A stretch of 64,000 nucleotides of DNA from Octopus vulgaris (lineage: Eukaryota), in contig OX597826.1 in NCBI GenBank assembly GCA_951406725.2, forward strand, positions 64,418,001-64,482,000. The letters are read 5' to 3'. This document shows, piece by piece, positions 62,510 through 64,000 of this stretch. The notes under the pieces were generated by a model, which worked only from the letters and a program-made list of their open reading frames with translations, was not told the DNA's origin and made no database searches. The position numbers and the translations under genes were made by a program. Every line of letters starts with the position of its first letter. Positions within the stretch are counted from its first letter, which is position 1.

Positions 62510-64000
62510 TAAAAGCATCCAGTCCACTCTGCTGAGTGGTTGGCATTTGGAAGGACATCAAGCTGTAAAAAACCTTGCCAAAAATAACCTTGCCTGTGCT
62601 TGTTCAATGTAAAAAGCACTCAGTCCACTCTGCTGAGTGGTTGGCATTTGGAAGGACATCAAGCTGTAAAAAACCTTGCCAAAAATAACCTTGCCTGTGC
62701 TTGTTCAATGTAAAAAGCACTCAGTCCACTCTGCTGAGTGGTTGGCATTTGGAAGGACATCAAGCTGTAAAAAACCTTGCCAAAAATAACCTTGCCTGTG
62801 CTTGTTCAATGTAAAAAGCACTCAGTCCACTCTGCTGAGTGGTTGGCATTTGGAAGGACATCAAGCTGTAAAAAACCTTGCCAAAAATAACCTTGCCTGT
62901 GCTTGTTCAATGTAAAAAGCACTCAGTCCACTCTGCTGAGTGGTTGGCATTTGGAAGGACATCAAGCTGTAAAAACCTTGCCAAAAATAACCTTGCCTGT
63001 GCTTGTTCAATGTAAAAGCACTCAGTCCACTCTGCTGAGTGGTTGGCATTTGGAAGGACATCAAGCTGTAAAAAACCTTGCCAAAAATAACCTTGCCTGT
63101 GCTTGTTCAATGTAAAAAGCACTCAGTCCACTCTGCTGAGTGGTTGGCATTTGGAAGGACGTCAAGCTGTAAAAACCTTGCCAAAAATAACCTTGCCTGT
63201 GCTTGTTCAATGTAAAAAGCACTCAGTCCACTCTGCTGAGTGGTTGGCATTTGGAAGGACATCAAGCTGTAAAAAACCTTGCCAAAAATAACCTTGCCTG
63301 TGCTTGTTCAATGTAAAAAGCACTCAGTCCACTCTGCTGAGTGGTTGGCATTTGGAAGGACATCAAGCTGTAAAAAACCTTGCCAAAAATAACCTTGCCT
63401 GTGCTTGTTCAATGTAAAAAGCACTCAGTCCACTCTGCTGAGTGGTTGGCATTTGGAAGGACATCAAGCTGTAAAAACCTTGCCAAAAAATAACCTTGCC
63501 TGTGCTTGTTCAATGTAAAAAGCACTCAGTCCACTCTGCTGAGTGGTTGGCATTTGGAAGGACGCCAAGCTGTAAAAACCTTGCCAAAAATAACCTTGCC
63601 TGTGCTTGTTCAATGTAAAAAGCACTCAGTCCACTCTGCTGAGTGGTTGGCATTTGGAAGGACATCAAGCTGTAAAAAACCTTGCCAAAAATAACCTTGC
63701 CTGTGCTTGTTCAATGTAAAAAGCACTCAGTCCACTCTGCTGAGTGGTTGGCATTTGGAAGGACATCAAGCTGTAAAAAACCTTGCCAAAAATAACCTTG
63801 CCTGTGCTTGTTCAATGTAAAAAGCACTCAGTCCACTCTGCTGAGTGGTTGGCATTTGGAAGGACGTCAAGCTGTAAAAACCTTGCCAAAAATAACCTTG
63901 CCTGTGCTTGTTCAATGTAAAAAGCACTCAGTCCACTCTGCTGAGTGGTTGGCATTTGGAAGGACATCAAGCTGTAAAAAACCTTGCCAAAAATAACCTT
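62510..64000 (+). repeat. ~101-bp tandem array (about 15 units, continues past the window end)
   Basis: The unit AGTCCACTCTGCTGAGTGGTTGGCATTTGGAAGGACATCAAGCTG...AATGTAAAAAGCACTC recurs at 62521, 62622, 62723, 62824, 62925 and onward. Confidence 0.97.

Noticed and set aside
62510-64000. CRISPR-like array, or repeated ORFs MFNVKSTQS...
   Set aside because: Units are head-to-tail with no unique spacers, there are no cas genes, and the context is eukaryotic. The ORFs are by-products of the tandem repeat.

Overview
AT-rich, microsatellite-dense animal genomic DNA. The repeat families resemble those of Octopus/cephalopods (inference). The dominant feature is a complete and apparently very young Ty3/Gypsy LTR retrotransposon (25458-31476). 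It has two 815-bp TG...CA LTRs that look identical by eye, a 4-bp GAAA target-site duplication, PBS, PPT, gag, and a G-GGA-AAC -1 frameshift site followed by a predicted H-type pseudoknot. Its PR-RT-RNaseH-IN pol is broken by a single 1-nt frameshift near 27920. The rest is a mosaic of tRNA-derived SINEs (CORE-like, Meta-like, V-like), decayed RTE, R4/Dong-like, CRE-like and Penelope-like retroelement fragments, decayed mariner, Tc1 and piggyBac transposases, hAT and TTAA MITEs with intact TSDs, many fold-back inverted duplications, and a ~101-bp tandem array running off the right end. Notable observations: minimal hammerhead-ribozyme-like motifs with covarying stems, a Bov-A-like bipartite RTE element, a composite templated insertion, an E2F/NF-Y-type LTR promoter, and a CpG-retaining central domain containing a candidate first coding exon (minus strand, MATPEKSKES). 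No host gene can be named. Most listed ORFs are microsatellite or repeat artefacts.
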